Shown here: one piece after another, positions 7,357 to 7,531 of the stretch | How positions within the stretch are numbered: position 1 is the first letter of the stretch | Layout: each line of letters starts with the position of its first letter | The notes under the pieces: generated by a model | What the model was told of the DNA's origin: nothing | Seen by the model: the letters and a program-made list of their open reading frames with translations, nothing else | The model's database searches: none | Program-made: the position numbers and the translations under genes | Assembly (NCBI RefSeq): GCF_006345805.1 | Contig: NW_021828786.1 | Location: 1 to 7,531 of the forward strand | DNA: 7,531 bases | Direction of reading: 5' to 3' | Origin: Octopus sinensis | Lineage: Eukaryota

Positions 7357-7392
7357 GTTATTATTAAAAGCGGCGAGTGTGTGTGTGTGTGT

Positions 7393-7430
<38 letters not shown>
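7307..7430. repeat. (TTA)n then (TG)n microsatellites
   Basis: TTA at 7307-7366; TG at ~7371-7430. Confidence 0.93.
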
Positions 7431-7433
<3 letters not shown>

Positions 7434-7502
7434 GCCCCACTGCTTGAGAACTGGTATTAGTTTACGTTCTCCTACCTTAGAGCTTTGGCAAGAGACTGAT
7501 AA
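7428..7502 (+). mobile_element. Degenerate internal fragment of the first SINE family
   Basis: tgtcc..cca..gcttga.aa....tttacgttctc..a.cttag.g.tt.ggcaa.gag is colinear with 1221-1300 and likewise follows a TG-rich segment. Confidence 0.6.
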
Positions 7503-7531
7503 GGAAAAAATTGAGCCGTGGTGGCTTAGTC

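Larger units (their letters stand above)
6635..7531 (+). other. Start of the following TRPC intron (runs off the window)
   Basis: GTACGT donor at 6635. No downstream FVAHPNCQQ-like exon is visible in the remaining sequence. Confidence 0.85.

Noticed and set aside
1-7531. Prokaryotic systems (CRISPR array, operon, defence island)
   Set aside because: The DNA is spliceosomal-intron-containing animal sequence. The repeats are simple tandem arrays without repeat-spacer organisation.

Overview
Eukaryotic, AT-rich, microsatellite-dense genomic DNA, most likely from an octopus or other coleoid cephalopod. That assignment is inferred from repeats resembling Octopus SINE families recalled from memory and is not database-checked. 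The window holds two + strand coding exons (272-590 and 6464-6634) of a canonical TRP channel gene most similar to TRPC3/6/7. They cover the end of the ankyrin region, the TRP_2 HxxxCxCxxC zinc site and the linker helices, and they join in frame (EKEFK|NEY) across one 5,873-nt GT-AG intron. The rest is intronic: several SINE copies and fragments in both orientations, a ~555-nt element embedded in a (TTA)n tract, many micro/minisatellites, and a few non-repetitive islands with promoter-like motifs. Almost all other ORFs in the track are microsatellite translation artefacts. I see no convincing novel multi-gene system; the findings are modest regulatory, structural and transposon leads.
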